The position numbers and the translations under genes are program-made. Under the pieces are notes generated by a model that was given only the letters and a program-made list of their open reading frames with translations, made no database searches and was not told the DNA's origin. Source: an uncultured Lachnospiraceae bacterium (lineage in GTDB: Bacteria > Bacillota > Clostridia > Lachnospirales > Lachnospiraceae). From it: 64,000 nt of DNA. The stretch spans positions 70,170 to 134,169 of the forward strand of contig CANRJM010000004.1 of assembly GCA_947630925.1 (NCBI GenBank), written 5' to 3'. Shown here piece after piece: positions 1 through 12,781 of the stretch (its first letter is position 1; each line of letters starts with the position of its first letter).

Positions 1-321
1 TTTGACGATATTCTGCCCCTGCTCCGCAGGCAAATCATCAGAATTTTGAATGACATAGGACAGGGTACTTGTCTGCGAAAGAATTTTTTTGGCGAGTACT
101 ATTCCCTCTTCTTCCTCTTTTGCATAATCAAAGGCGACGGTATTGGAAACACCTTTTTGCACAATCATTTCCAGAACTCTTCTTTCTAAAATTTCACTAA
201 AATAATAATGTTTGGAAGCAGACCAGATAAGAATACCTGTCCAAACGAAAATAATCACGATTCCCCATATCCCATAATGCTGCGAGGATTTACTTTGATA
301 AGTTTTCATAATAACGTCCAT
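1..321 (-). CDS. 5' part of a membrane-anchored protein that runs off the window edge. It may be stage II sporulation protein P, by position only.
   Basis: My own translation of complement 321..1 gives MDVIMKTYQSKSSQHYGIWGIVIIFVWTGILIW..., with one TM helix, and it stays open to the edge. It is absent from the ORF track because it is truncated. The order rpsT / gpr / spoIIP matches B. subtilis. Confidence 0.4.
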   Translation of the reverse strand, partial: MDVIMKTYQSKSSQHYGIWGIVIIFVWTGILIWSASKHYYFSEILERRVLEMIVQKGVSNTVAFDYAKEEEEGIVLAKKILSQTSTLSYVIQNSDDLPAEQGQNIVK

Positions 322-412
322 TCCTGCGCTGCATTTGCGCAAACTAAATTACTCCAAAATACTGCTACTATCTATCCATATGATTAGAACAGATACAGTA
401 TGAATGAATTTT

Positions 413-1354
413 TTACGAAATCCGATATGCCATTTTCTGAATTCCCAAAGCAATGATTTTTCCTACAATACGAATTTCCTCATCAATATCTTTTGGCGTC
501 ACAAAAAGATCTTTTACTTCTCTGCTTGCAATCGATTGATAGAACGAATAAATTTCATTTTCTGTATAACCCTCCTTAGCCAGTGCGTTTTCTAAAGATT
601 CATATACAATCGTACCCGCATCTACTACGGTCGGCACACCGATTGCGATTACTGGAATCCCCATCGTTTCCTGATTGATTTTATTTCGGTTATTACCAAT
701 ACCGGCTCCCGGAGAAATTCCGGTATTGGTAAACTGGATGGTACGGCATAGGCGATTGACGCTTCTTGCCGCCAGCGAATCAATAACCAACAGCACATCC
801 GGTTTCACTTTTTTTATGATTCCCTGCAAAATCTCACTGCTCTCCATACCTGTCTGCGACATAACACCGGGAGAGATCCCACATAACGACATATGTTCTG
901 AGACAGGCGATTGGGAATTTTCTGACTGGAAATGCCGGTTCATAGGTATATTTTCAATCACATAAGGCCCAAGGGCATCCGGTGTAGCAAAGCGATTCCC
1001 TAAACCGGATATCAATATGGTGCGGCAGGAAATTTTCTGTTCTTCCTCCATATCCTGCAGTACTTTTTTCAGTGTTTTATAAATATAGTCAGAATAGGAA
1101 CCCATATTATTTTCCAGTTGTGCCTTAAAAATGGAATCCTTCTTAAATTCCAGTGTCACATATGTCCCGATTGGTTTTTTCATCTGTTTTGCGCCCTTCT
1201 GATTCCGAATTTCAACCGTTGTACTCTGAATCAGACCGTTTTTGTATTCATCCTGGAAAAGCGCCACTCCATCAATTTCAACATTATCCTCTGGGAAACT
1301 TTCTCTGGCTTCAATCGCCAAATCTGTTCTTTTTTCAAATGGAAAACTGCTCAT
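413..1354 (-). CDS. gpr: Germination protease (GPR endopeptidase)
   Basis: 313 aa. RTDLAIEA, GLGN..TPDALGP, IDSLAARS, ISPGAGIGN and GIPVIAIGVPTVVD match B. subtilis Gpr. RBS is GAAGGAG. Confidence 0.93.
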   Translation of the reverse strand: MSSFPFEKRTDLAIEARESFPEDNVEIDGVALFQDEYKNGLIQSTTVEIRNQKGAKQMKKPIGTYVTLEFKKDSIFKAQLENNMGSYSDYIYKTLKKVLQDMEEEQKISCRTILISGLGNRFATPDALGPYVIENIPMNRHFQSENSQSPVSEHMSLCGISPGVMSQTGMESSEILQGIIKKVKPDVLLVIDSLAARSVNRLCRTIQFTNTGISPGAGIGNNRNKINQETMGIPVIAIGVPTVVDAGTIVYESLENALAKEGYTENEIYSFYQSIASREVKDLFVTPKDIDEEIRIVGKIIALGIQKMAYRIS

Positions 1355-1478
1355 TCAACTTTTCTCCTTCTTTCCTTCTACAATAGATTTATGGTTAATA
1401 CGCCTTACAGCCGGTAAGGAATTCCCCGTCTTATTGCTTTATTCTATTATCTATTTGCAAAAGAACTTGAATTTATTC

Positions 1479-1507
1479 TTGACAAATCCATAAGATTCCT
1501 ATATTAT
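1479..1507 (+). promoter_or_regulatory. Sigma-A type promoter for rpsT
   Basis: TTGACA (1479-1484), 17-nt spacer, TATTAT (1502-1507), about 75 nt upstream of the rpsT ATG. Confidence 0.75.
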
Positions 1508-1581
1508 ATATGAGTATGTTTATCGAAGCGACCGTGTCCGCTTCAAAGTACACAAGACTTCACAATTGGGAGGTGTAAAGA

Positions 1582-1845
1582 ATGGCTAATATCAAATCAG
1601 CAAAGAAGAGAATCTTAGTTGATCGTAGAAATGCAGAGAGAAATAAAGCAATCAAGTCCAGAGTTAAGACTGCTATTAAAAAAGTAGATGCCGCAATCGC
1701 AGCGAATGATAAAACCGCTGCCAAAGATGCGCTGCATTCAGCAATTTCTGAAATCGATAAGGCTGCAAGCAAGGGCGTATACCACAAGAAAACGGCTTCC
1801 AGAAAGATTTCCCGCATGACAATTGCTGTAAATAAAATCGCATAA
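1582..1845 (+). CDS. rpsT: 30S ribosomal protein S20
   Basis: 87 aa with the classic basic S20 N-terminus MANIKSAKKRILVDRRNAERNKAIKS. RBS GGGAGGTG lies 6 nt upstream. Confidence 0.95.
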   Translation: MANIKSAKKRILVDRRNAERNKAIKSRVKTAIKKVDAAIAANDKTAAKDALHSAISEIDKAASKGVYHKKTASRKISRMTIAVNKIA

Positions 1846-1856
1846 AACTTTCTTAT

Positions 1857-1889
1857 AAAAAAGCTGCCAGGGTGTGGGCAGCTTTTTTT
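1857..1889 (+). terminator. Intrinsic terminator of rpsT
   Basis: AGCTGCC (1862-1868) pairs with GGCAGCT (1877-1883), followed by T7. Confidence 0.85.
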
Positions 1890-2002
1890 CGCCTGTGGAA
1901 TACAGCCTAAAAAAGCATATAGGACAAATATTTGTGAAAGATGATTTTAACTTAATAGAAAGGATGTGGCATAGATTTTATATTGCCACGAAATTACATA
2001 GT

Positions 2003-2485
2003 ATGAAAAAAGAGAATTATTTAAAATGGGATGAATATTTTATGGGAATCGCCCTTCTGTCTGCGGAAAGAAGCAAGGATCCCAATACCAGCGTTGGCGC
2101 CTGTATCGTAAGCCGGGACCATAAAATCCTTTCGGTCGGCTATAATGGAATGCCCCGGGGATGTTCGGATGATGTCTATCCGTGGGAAAGAGAAGCCGGT
2201 TCCGATTTGGATACCAAATATTTATATGTCTGCCATGCCGAACTGAATGCTATCTTAAATTACACAGGCACTCATATGAGAGATGCTAAAATCTATACCA
2301 CATTGTTTCCATGCAACGAATGTACCAAAGCATTGATTCAGACCGGTATTTCAGAAGTTATTTATTTAAGCGACAAATATTCTGATACTTCATCTGTGAT
2401 CGCAGCAAAGAGAATGATGAAATCTGCCGGCGTTACCTATACAAAATATAAGTATGCCGGCAAATCCATACAGCTTTCTCTCTAA
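2003..2485 (+). CDS. Deoxycytidylate (dCMP) deaminase, ComEB-type
   Basis: Zinc-deaminase motifs HAELNAI and PCNECTK. The ORF-track start at 1874 lies inside the rpsT terminator, so I chose the ATG at 2003 (MKKENYLKWDEYFMGIA). Confidence 0.85.
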   Translation: MKKENYLKWDEYFMGIALLSAERSKDPNTSVGACIVSRDHKILSVGYNGMPRGCSDDVYPWEREAGSDLDTKYLYVCHAELNAILNYTGTHMRDAKIYTTLFPCNECTKALIQTGISEVIYLSDKYSDTSSVIAAKRMMKSAGVTYTKYKYAGKSIQLSL

Positions 2486-2486
2486 C

Positions 2487-5400
2487 TTAATGTTTTAGTT
2501 TTTTTACGGCATTTGCTTTACCGGTAAAATGTATCTTTGAACCTTTGGAATCAAAGATATGCTTTCCTGCTTTCTTTAACCGTTTGCATTTTACAACAAC
2601 CTTTTTTAAATTTTTATCTCCTGCAAAAGCCTTTGGAGCAATCGTTTGTATCGATTTTCCAAGGGTTATTTTCTTCAGTTTTTTCATCCTGGAAAAAGCA
2701 TATTTTTCAATTTGTATTACTGTTTTGGGAATTACAATAGAAATAATATGATTCTTTTTATAAAATGCCTTTTTCCCAATTCCTGTTACCTGATAGGATA
2801 CTTTTTGACAGCTTACTTTTCCAGGAATGGTCAGGTGCCTGGTTTGCGTTTGAACGGCAACCAGTTTAACCGTTTTCTTTTTTGCTGCAGATGTAACCTG
2901 ATATTTTATTCCCTGATACCAAAAACAGCTTCCTTTGCTCTTGTTCGTATTCTGACTGATGGTCTTTGAAGATGAAATATTGGGAGAAACGGCCTTGTTC
3001 GGATGCTCTTTTTCATTTTGAGCACTGTTATCTGTATTGGAAGATGCGGAGTCATGATTATCCGTATCGGGAGAAGGGGAAGAATGATCTCCGTCAGTCT
3101 GTGAACCATTTTTTCGAACCAGCAATGCCTTGATTTTTTTATCTCCATATTCTCCAGCTTTAATTTTTGTAATTAGATTTTTTTGGCTATCGTCACTATA
3201 ATACCATCCTACAAACAGATATGGATTGGCTACCCATACCTGTGTGCTGTCCGGAAGAATGACCTCTTCCTGGTACCGGTATGTCGTAACCTGATGTTCC
3301 AATATTCTGATATCGCAATCATCTGTTTCATATATAATTTGATATTCTAATGGTTCTGACCATTTTGCAAATAATTCGCCATCCTGCGTCACACTCTCCG
3401 TCCAATCGCCCGGCATACCGACATAATTTCCTGTCCCGGTATACCAGCCTAAAAATCGATACCCTTGTTTCTCTGCTTCTGGCAGCTTGAACCCTTTTCC
3501 ATGAACCACAAACTCCTTTCTGTCCGAAAAGTTGCCGGATTCTCCATAAAACATAATGAAATGTTGTATATTTAACTGCAAATCTCTTTCCACTTTCAGA
3601 GTTTCATTTGGTTGATAGCTGTTGTTATTTGCATCGACATAGCGGGCCGGCTGAATTCCCGCCACTTCTTTTGGCAGGTTAATTTTTTGCAGTGCCATCG
3701 CTGTATCCTTTGCCACCTCACAGTACTGGCCGCCCTGAAAAATCCGATATGACAAAGTACATGTTCTCTGCTCCATATACAAAATTAAATCCGTGCTGAA
3801 ATTTCCCTGAATTCTTTCTTCTAATACTTCCTCATTTTTGACGCAATAGCCTGTATAAAAATATTTTGCTTCTTCTCCCTGAAGAGTATCTTTATAAAGC
3901 CGTTTGATGGCCTCCCCTACTGTTTCGTCTGTTCTTCCATATAACGTAATGTTTTCTATCGCCGTCTCTTTTTCTCCCGCCAAATACAGACGCAATGTAA
4001 ACGTAGTATAGAGATTTGCTTCCCAAATCGCATACAATTTATTTTGTTCCTTCGATACCAGCTTTCCTTTTATATTTTCTCCCGGTTTTACAGAAATTCC
4101 TGTTCCATCCGCTTTTGTATTCCATGACGCTACCGTATAACCCGCTGCATGAAAAGTAATCTCACTGGCATAACAGTCTTTGTCAAAATAATATTGCGTA
4201 TCCGGGACGACGCCTCCTATCGTACTCTTTACATCTTCCGTTTCATTTCTGTCATATGTTATTGTAAATTCTATTGGTTTCCACTGTGCATACAGAAAGA
4301 TTACCGCATCATCATCAGCAGACAGATTTTTAACAAGATCTCCAACTTGATAACGTTTTCCACCGCCATCCGGCTCGGTATTCCAATCTGCAAACTCGTA
4401 ACCTTCACAGGCATAGAGACATTCCGGCAGGGAAAATTCTTCTCCATACGCAACTGTCTGTGGATCCATATTGCCTTTGAAGCCCTCTTTGGCATTGCTT
4501 TCAAATGAAATTTTGTAGTGAACCGGCGTCCATACCGCATAGAGTATTACATCATGGTTCTGCATGGTATATGTTTCCCCCGGCTGGTAAATAGTATGAT
4601 TACCGTCCGGATCCTGCGACCATCCCGCAAAGACAAAACCTTTTTTTCGAAGCTGCTGTCCGGTCAGCGAAAAAGTCACTCCATATTTCTTTTGGCCTTC
4701 TTCCTGTTCAAAAGTACCGTTTACGGGAGTCCCTCCATTTGTATCATAAGAAAACAAATAAGAATTTCTCCGGAAAAAAGCAGTCAGTATCAAACTTCCA
4801 TCTGCACAGACTGTACCACTCAATCGGGAAGATGCTTGATCTAATGTAAACCCCTGATAGATATCTGTCTCTGGATTCAGGCAGACAGTGCTATCGGTAT
4901 ATCCCTCTGCGGCATAGGAAGAAATCAGCTCATATGTTCCGGCAAGGTTTTCCTGATAATATTCTATCTGATATTTCACAATATCCGGCTTCCAGACTGC
5001 ATAGATCTCCATATCAGAGTTTACGGTAAACTGTGTCTGCCCGGTCTGTGCATCCATGCTTTCCGCCCAACCTGCAAATTGATATCCCAGACGTCTCGGT
5101 ATATTTTCAATGGTTGTTTTTTCTTCTCCCCAAACCGCATATAGCGTAACAGATTTTCCCTCCGTAATAATTCCCCGGCAGCTTGCACCGTCCGAATACC
5201 GGACCGCGCCATCTTTTTCAAGGGACCATCCCAAAAACCTTCTTGCGACATAGAGCTCCGACGTATTACATACAGCGTTCTCTCCATTGGGATGCAAAGT
5301 GATTTTATTTTCCCTGTAAAAACAATTTTTTGTCAGTGTGACTTCTGCATCATATTTACAGCGAGTAATCGCCATCATATTTCCACTGGTTGCTCCATTC

Positions 5401-6470
5401 CCATCAAAAAAAATGGCATATTCCGTCGGTTTAAAATAACGATAAACTGTTGCTCCATTCGTTCCTACTATTGCATTACTGCATCCGGTATAAGCGCAAC
5501 CAGTGTAATATGCGCCGTCAAAAGAATCGTGTCCGGCGTCTGCTCCGGATACCGAACTCCCATATTCTTTCTTCCAGGTACATCTTCCCAGAACCTCTCC
5601 GTTGCTATCTTTTCCCAGAATATCAATACAGGTTACCGGATACGAAAGCACCTCCTCTTTCCAATGCGCATATAAAACCGTATTTTTGGGAAGGATATCT
5701 CCTACTCGATACTGATGACCTCCCACACTTTGGGAAAACCATCCAAGAAACGTCATGCGATATCCGGGCGTTACCTTAGAAACCGTTGGCAAACTGTGTA
5801 AATAGTATCCGGTATCCGTTTGATAAATCATTCCCTGTGTTTGCACCGTACCACCATTGCTATTGACTAATATGCCTCCCGGAAATCCCGTTTGATTGGC
5901 AGAACAAACATCATATACATAGGATATTCCATCCGCCGCATATCTTCCGGCCTGTATCATCGGCTGAAATAAAGACAAGCTTTCCAGTGGGCTGTCATAC
6001 AAAGAACGGAAAGAGTATTCTACACTTGTAGAGACTAATTTTCCTTTTTTGTATTGTCGTAAAATTACGCTGCACTGATCTAATGTCCGGATCTTATTTC
6101 CAAATATTATAAAACGGGTATCATAATCGTCGGGCGGATAAAGCCATATTTCAGATGAATTATACATGTAGCTGTTATATTTCCCCTTTGTTCCTTTCAT
6201 ATTTGTTCCAACGTAATTCCATTGTCCGTTTTCTTTTTTCCACGTATCTAATACAAAATTCCTGGTAAAACCATTAATGCGTACAATAACGCCTACATGG
6301 GAATATCCCCCCTCTTCATCCTGGTATGCTCCAACATCCTCATAATTTCCAATCATATCAGTTTCGGCCGCATCTGTTTCAGTCGCATAAGATAGTTTTT
6401 TCCCACAATAACCGAAAAAAACAGTAATCAACAGAAATAGCAGCAGTAAAAATAGTTTTTTTCCTTTCAT
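2487..6470 (-). CDS. Large secreted surface protein with Listeria-Bacteroides (Flg_new) type repeats and C-terminal BspA-like leucine-rich repeats
   Basis: 1327 aa. Signal peptide MKGKKLFLLLLFLLITVFFG. Repeated G(Y/F)xFxGW modules: GYQFAGWAES, GFVFAGWSQDPDG, GYEFADWNTEPDG, GYTVASWNTKADG, GYRFLGWYTG. An S/N/D-rich linker is followed by an LRR-like tail (IPKTVIQIEKYAFSRMKKLKKITLGKSIQTIAPKAFAG). No LPXTG motif is seen. Confidence 0.8.
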   Translation of the reverse strand: MKGKKLFLLLLFLLITVFFGYCGKKLSYATETDAAETDMIGNYEDVGAYQDEEGGYSHVGVIVRINGFTRNFVLDTWKKENGQWNYVGTNMKGTKGKYNSYMYNSSEIWLYPPDDYDTRFIIFGNKIRTLDQCSVILRQYKKGKLVSTSVEYSFRSLYDSPLESLSLFQPMIQAGRYAADGISYVYDVCSANQTGFPGGILVNSNGGTVQTQGMIYQTDTGYYLHSLPTVSKVTPGYRMTFLGWFSQSVGGHQYRVGDILPKNTVLYAHWKEEVLSYPVTCIDILGKDSNGEVLGRCTWKKEYGSSVSGADAGHDSFDGAYYTGCAYTGCSNAIVGTNGATVYRYFKPTEYAIFFDGNGATSGNMMAITRCKYDAEVTLTKNCFYRENKITLHPNGENAVCNTSELYVARRFLGWSLEKDGAVRYSDGASCRGIITEGKSVTLYAVWGEEKTTIENIPRRLGYQFAGWAESMDAQTGQTQFTVNSDMEIYAVWKPDIVKYQIEYYQENLAGTYELISSYAAEGYTDSTVCLNPETDIYQGFTLDQASSRLSGTVCADGSLILTAFFRRNSYLFSYDTNGGTPVNGTFEQEEGQKKYGVTFSLTGQQLRKKGFVFAGWSQDPDGNHTIYQPGETYTMQNHDVILYAVWTPVHYKISFESNAKEGFKGNMDPQTVAYGEEFSLPECLYACEGYEFADWNTEPDGGGKRYQVGDLVKNLSADDDAVIFLYAQWKPIEFTITYDRNETEDVKSTIGGVVPDTQYYFDKDCYASEITFHAAGYTVASWNTKADGTGISVKPGENIKGKLVSKEQNKLYAIWEANLYTTFTLRLYLAGEKETAIENITLYGRTDETVGEAIKRLYKDTLQGEEAKYFYTGYCVKNEEVLEERIQGNFSTDLILYMEQRTCTLSYRIFQGGQYCEVAKDTAMALQKINLPKEVAGIQPARYVDANNNSYQPNETLKVERDLQLNIQHFIMFYGESGNFSDRKEFVVHGKGFKLPEAEKQGYRFLGWYTGTGNYVGMPGDWTESVTQDGELFAKWSEPLEYQIIYETDDCDIRILEHQVTTYRYQEEVILPDSTQVWVANPYLFVGWYYSDDSQKNLITKIKAGEYGDKKIKALLVRKNGSQTDGDHSSPSPDTDNHDSASSNTDNSAQNEKEHPNKAVSPNISSSKTISQNTNKSKGSCFWYQGIKYQVTSAAKKKTVKLVAVQTQTRHLTIPGKVSCQKVSYQVTGIGKKAFYKKNHIISIVIPKTVIQIEKYAFSRMKKLKKITLGKSIQTIAPKAFAGDKNLKKVVVKCKRLKKAGKHIFDSKGSKIHFTGKANAVKKLKH

Positions 6471-6625
6471 CCTTTCCTCCTGACTGTGTCTTTCCTAAGC
6501 AATATACCTGTCAACTGCACTGAAACTCTCCCATGAAGCGCCTGTATTATTACATATGTAAAAGAACGTATTATTTGATGGTAATTTTACACTCATTTGC
6601 TAAAAAAGCAATAGACAAATATAAC

Positions 6626-6650
6626 AAAAAAGCAGAGAAAAAATCTCTGC
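6626..6650 (-). terminator. Intrinsic terminator after the amidase gene. It is symmetric and could act in both directions.
   Basis: GCAGAGA / TCTCTGC stem (6632-6638 / 6644-6650), flanked by an A-run and a T-run. Confidence 0.75.
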
Positions 6651-6661
6651 TTTTCACAAAA

Positions 6662-7366
6662 TCAATTGATTTCTCTCCGTCTGCTGTTCGTTAGCAGTTC
6701 CAGAATGTCTTTTTTTAAAGCCTCCCATTTATGGGGATGCCTGACATAATATTTCGGACAAATTTTCCCGGTAACATCATAATGCCGTATGACATTCTTT
6801 AACGGGATTTCATATGTATCGCATAAATATGCCGTCAAATAAATCAAAGATTGATAGGTATTCTCTGTAAATTTTCCGGAAGTATCCGGATGACAACATT
6901 CTATTGCCAGTGTATCTGTATTCCGGTCGTTAGAGGCATATGCAATCTCATCCTCAGGTATACATCGGATAATACTGCCATCCAGACCGATAACATAATG
7001 GCTGCTTACCTTGTATTTCGCCTCGTTTCCGCAATCTTTACGGGATTCAAAGTAATTCCGGTTTGCCACAGCATCTGTTCCCGGATTTGCCGTATAATGC
7101 ACGACGATTCCTTTGATCTGCTGCAGGGCAATCCCCGGACGGGAATTTTGGTTAGGCGTCAACAGCATATCTGTGATTTCCGGTTTTGAAACGTTTATTT
7201 CAGAAAAATCAAGTCCCTCTAAACTTGTATTTTGCGCTGCCGGATGCAGCAGTCTGATCACACCGATAAAAATACTGATAAAGAGAAGAGCGGCTGCAGA
7301 AGCAGCCACAATCACTAATAGAACATATCGGATTTGTTTCTTTTTCACATTTGTTAATTTTTTCAT
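6662..7366 (-). CDS. Membrane-anchored N-acetylmuramoyl-L-alanine amidase (Amidase_2/PGRP-like)
   Basis: 234 aa with an N-terminal TM helix. IVVHYTANPGTDAVANRNYF and ...HYDVTGKICPKYY resemble CwlA/XlyA-type amidases. Confidence 0.8.
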   Translation of the reverse strand: MKKLTNVKKKQIRYVLLVIVAASAAALLFISIFIGVIRLLHPAAQNTSLEGLDFSEINVSKPEITDMLLTPNQNSRPGIALQQIKGIVVHYTANPGTDAVANRNYFESRKDCGNEAKYKVSSHYVIGLDGSIIRCIPEDEIAYASNDRNTDTLAIECCHPDTSGKFTENTYQSLIYLTAYLCDTYEIPLKNVIRHYDVTGKICPKYYVRHPHKWEALKKDILELLTNSRRREIN

Positions 7367-7373
7367 AAAAACT

Positions 7374-8894
<1,521 letters not shown>

Positions 8895-8935
8895 TTACTA
8901 TCTGATGTACTAACTCATGTACAAATATTTTTAAA

Positions 8936-8965
8936 AGTATACACCATAGCTCCTTTTATTGTCAA
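8936..8965 (-). promoter_or_regulatory. Sigma-A type promoter for guaB
   Basis: On the minus strand, TTGACA (8960-8965), 18-nt spacer, TATACT (8936-8941). Confidence 0.6.
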
Positions 8966-9475
8966 CTAATTCTCAACAATTTTGCCCGGCGATTTCATCT
9001 TCATCATATGAATCATTTTATCATCCGGAGTAAAACGGATGCATTCGATTCCCTTCTCCCCTGATACAACTGCTATCCAATGCTTTCCCGAAGGCATTCC
9101 GGAGGAATAATCCAATGTTTTTTCCTTCCGATAGGGATCCAGACTATGGGAAGACTCCGGCGCGATTACTTCCATTTTTTCCATATCTGCGCGCCGCATG
9201 GTTTTTCGTTTGGAGGCATTGAAAATACAATCAAAATCAATCTGTCCGTCGACAAAGATATATTCATATGCAATTTTGTTTGTCGGCATTAAAAAAAGCA
9301 TGATCCCTGCTAAAACTGCCATAATCAGAAATACCACGATTGTACGAAGAAGCAGCATGAATAAAATACCCACTGCTATAAAAAAAGCAGCCAGAATCAT
9401 TAACAAAACCCGAATGACGGTTTGTTTTACGGGTAGTTTTGCACTTAAATAGGTTTCGGAATATAATTCTTCCAT
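8966..9475 (-). CDS. Uncharacterised membrane protein with two TM helices
   Basis: The ATG at 9475 (MEELYSETYLSAK...) has a GGAG upstream. Hydrophobic stretches are VIRVLLMILAAFFIAVGILFMLLL and VVFLIMAVLAGIMLFLM. I recognise no catalytic motif. Confidence 0.6.
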   Translation of the reverse strand: MEELYSETYLSAKLPVKQTVIRVLLMILAAFFIAVGILFMLLLRTIVVFLIMAVLAGIMLFLMPTNKIAYEYIFVDGQIDFDCIFNASKRKTMRRADMEKMEVIAPESSHSLDPYRKEKTLDYSSGMPSGKHWIAVVSGEKGIECIRFTPDDKMIHMMKMKSPGKIVEN

Positions 9476-9523
9476 ATTGCATTTTTCTCCTGTCTCTAAC
9501 ATTTTATTCTGTTAACAGTATAA

Positions 9524-11611
<2,088 letters not shown>

Positions 11612-11618
11612 TTATTTA

Positions 11619-11645
11619 TTAGCACTCATTCTGACCGAGTGCTAA
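11619..11645. promoter_or_regulatory. CIRCE operator (HrcA binding site)
   Basis: TTAGCACTC-N9-GAGTGCTAA is an exact match to the CIRCE consensus. It sits between the groES promoter and the RBS. Confidence 0.92.
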
Positions 11646-11655
11646 ACATAAACAT

Positions 11656-11684
11656 AATATATTTCATTTGACATAATTTAGCAA
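11656..11684 (-). promoter_or_regulatory. Sigma-A type promoter for groES-groEL
   Basis: On the minus strand, TTGCTA (11679-11684), 17-nt spacer, TATATT (11656-11661), 10 nt upstream of CIRCE. Confidence 0.75.
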
Positions 11685-11856
11685 TGTATCCCATCACCCA
11701 AAATCTAACTATTTAATTCTATATCTTTTATTTTCTTTTATTTTCTGTCTATTTTTCATTTTTCCTCTTTTTTTCTTGCTTTCATCTGTCGTCCGCAATT
11801 TCGGATTATTTTTACAGGACGCTCTATGCGTCCTGATTTTACAATCTTACCAAAAT

Positions 11857-11893
11857 CAAAAAAAGATGATCCGGGTTCCCCGCGACCATCTTT
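11857..11893 (-). terminator. Intrinsic terminator after the glnS / DUF2225-like gene pair
   Basis: On the minus strand, AAAGATGGTC...GATCATCTTT forms the stem, with an inner CGGG/CCCG pairing, followed by T7. Confidence 0.8.
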
Positions 11894-11926
11894 CTTACCT
11901 GCTGCTTATAAAAGAGACAATCAGCC

Positions 11927-12769
11927 CTATGCATTTTCTTTTTGCTGATTAATCATTTCCTTTATTTCGCGCGCCTTATTTTTAATTCTTTCATTTGCTT
12001 CCCTGGAAGTAAGCACTCTGGAAATCCATCTGCTGGCCTCTTCATATTTCCCGATACGCCTTGCCAACTCGGCAATCAGGTACGTAACCGTAATTTCATC
12101 CATACCGCACATTGGGAAAGATTCTTTTGAAAAGGCAGACATAAAACCATCATAGGCGTTAGATAACAATTCTTGTTCTTTGACAGCCATTTCTTTTATC
12201 TGCTTATCATAATCAGGCGTCTCCTTTGAAAGAGACTCTGCCTTTCCGCGGTACAGCCATCCCATCTTTAAACAGGTATACGCTTTTTCGCTTGCCTTTG
12301 CCTTTTTTACAACGGTATTAATCAGAGCAAGCTGATGACGGTTGATCGCATCGTCATATGTGTATATATTTCCGGTCTGTGCAAGACCACTGAAATTTTT
12401 AGAAATATTTTCACGGATTAATTTTGCCTGTGACGGCATCATAAATTTAAAGAAACGGCTTAATGCTGCATAGCCGCATTTCGGGCAAACCAATGCATCA
12501 TATTTCAGGGAATCTACCAACTGATATTTTGGACGCAGATCGGTATCAACAGACAACAATTTTACTTTACCGGTACGAAGCATTTTTGCATGAAATTCCT
12601 CGTCGCAGACAGGACAGGTATAGGACTTATCAAAAAGTAAATCCTCCTCTGAAATTTTCTGTTCCACGGGCTTTCCGCTCTTATCCGTCTTCTTTGTTTC
12701 TTCTTCAAAAATATTTACCTTTTCCAGTTTTCCCAATCCAAACTGGTCTAACCCAGAAAATAAACTCAT
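11927..12769 (-). CDS. DUF2225-like zinc-ribbon protein
   Basis: 280 aa. Paired CxxC motifs (CPVCDEEF ... CPKCGYAAL), then a helical TPR-like C-terminus. The family name is recalled from memory. Confidence 0.6.
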   Translation of the reverse strand: MSLFSGLDQFGLGKLEKVNIFEEETKKTDKSGKPVEQKISEEDLLFDKSYTCPVCDEEFHAKMLRTGKVKLLSVDTDLRPKYQLVDSLKYDALVCPKCGYAALSRFFKFMMPSQAKLIRENISKNFSGLAQTGNIYTYDDAINRHQLALINTVVKKAKASEKAYTCLKMGWLYRGKAESLSKETPDYDKQIKEMAVKEQELLSNAYDGFMSAFSKESFPMCGMDEITVTYLIAELARRIGKYEEASRWISRVLTSREANERIKNKAREIKEMINQQKENA

Positions 12770-12781
12770 ATCATTGCCTCC

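Noticed and set aside
1874-2002. The upstream extension of the dCMP deaminase ORF, which starts at a GTG at 1874
   Set aside because: The extension begins inside the rpsT terminator hairpin and T-tract. The deaminase fold begins near the ATG at 2003.
11815-11835. The hairpin CAGGACGC-tctat-GCGTCCTG in the T-rich region upstream of groES, considered as a possible small RNA terminator on the plus strand
   Set aside because: There is no convincing promoter upstream on the plus strand. Only a weak T-run (ATTTT) follows. On the minus strand it lies just downstream of a much better terminator, so it is probably accessory or a chance structure.
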